Shown piece by piece: positions 63,515-64,000 of a stretch of DNA of 64,000 bases. The translations under genes and the position numbers were made by a program. Source of the DNA: Neodothiora populina (lineage: Eukaryota); the NCBI RefSeq assembly GCF_041146345.1, contig NW_027191406.1:930001-994000 (forward strand). The letters run 5' to 3'. A model generated the notes under the pieces. That model was not told the DNA's origin. It ran no database searches and worked only from the letters and a program-made list of their open reading frames with translations. Within the stretch, counting starts at the first letter, position 1, and each line of letters starts with the position of its first letter.

Positions 63515-64000
63515 TTAAAGTCCACGAGGCTGCGATGGGTTATCCAACGGGACTAATGGAAGGTTGCGCCTCATAGGCACACTGCCTCCAGCTCTCGGAT
63601 TATGCCAGCCTTCTCGCTCGGCCCCCAAGGCTATGAAAGGATCAATGTCAACCTTGTTCTCCCGGTCACCGAAAACAGAAGGATGAATCTGGCCCTGGCG
63701 CGGTGGCATAAGAGTTCGTCGTGCACCATAACGTGGTGACATGAAAGGGATGGCAGTGAGTTCTGCTGTGCTGGGCTCAAGGCGAGGCCATGGTGCCGAT
63801 GTCGACGCCGGGTAACTCCTACGATTGGAGCTCGTCTCTAAGCTGGAAGCTGGACTCAGGACCGGATTGGGTGTCTTTGCAGCTGGTGGTCGTGATGGGC
63901 GCCATCTACTGACATCTGCAGGAGTTTGAGGCTGTCTTGCTGCAGGTAACTCATCATCGTAGATCCTGAAGCTTGGAGTCGTCCCTGGCCGAGCATGCAG
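63515..64000 (-). CDS. Hypothetical protein, 3' part only (frame open to the window edge)
   Basis: Stop-free frame of 162 codons from 64000 to TAA at 63517-63515, containing FRIYDDELPAARQPQTP and Pro/Arg/Ser-rich sequence. Confidence 0.55.
   Translation of the reverse strand: MHARPGTTPSFRIYDDELPAARQPQTPADVSRWRPSRPPAAKTPNPVLSPASSLETSSNRRSYPASTSAPWPRLEPSTAELTAIPFMSPRYGARRTLMPPRQGQIHPSVFGDRENKVDIDPFIALGAEREGWHNPRAGGSVPMRRNLPLVPLDNPSQPRGL

Overview
Eukaryotic genomic DNA from a filamentous ascomycete (Pezizomycotina-type short introns with GTRNGT donors, CTRAY branch sites and YAG/AAG acceptors). It is an ordinary euchromatic, gene-containing segment with about 20 protein-coding loci and two intron-containing tRNA genes (Val-AAC, Glu-CTC). 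The genes include a partial BUD22-like gene, GH16 glucanase, BYE1-like PHD/TFIIS/SPOC protein, ZNF830-like protein, a pepsin-like protease with an in-frame stop, a signal-peptide-bearing nicotinamidase-like enzyme and proteasome alpha-3. Further along lie a YANK/STK32 kinase, UBC8, a full-length phytochrome, a DUF1996-WSC-Apple secreted protein, an SDR, kinesin-1, RAD6/UBC2, a CE5 esterase, a CFEM-GPI protein and a few hypothetical proteins. I found no transposon, CRISPR array or biosynthetic cluster. The most unusual signals are in gene structure. UBC8 can only be spliced in frame using a 1-nt exon (plus 3-nt and 8-nt exons). The kinase has a GC-AG intron and an unexplained frame switch at a C6 run. 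The DUF1996 gene has a tandemly duplicated 3' end that could give two C-termini. All product calls come from motif recognition by eye; no database searches were run.
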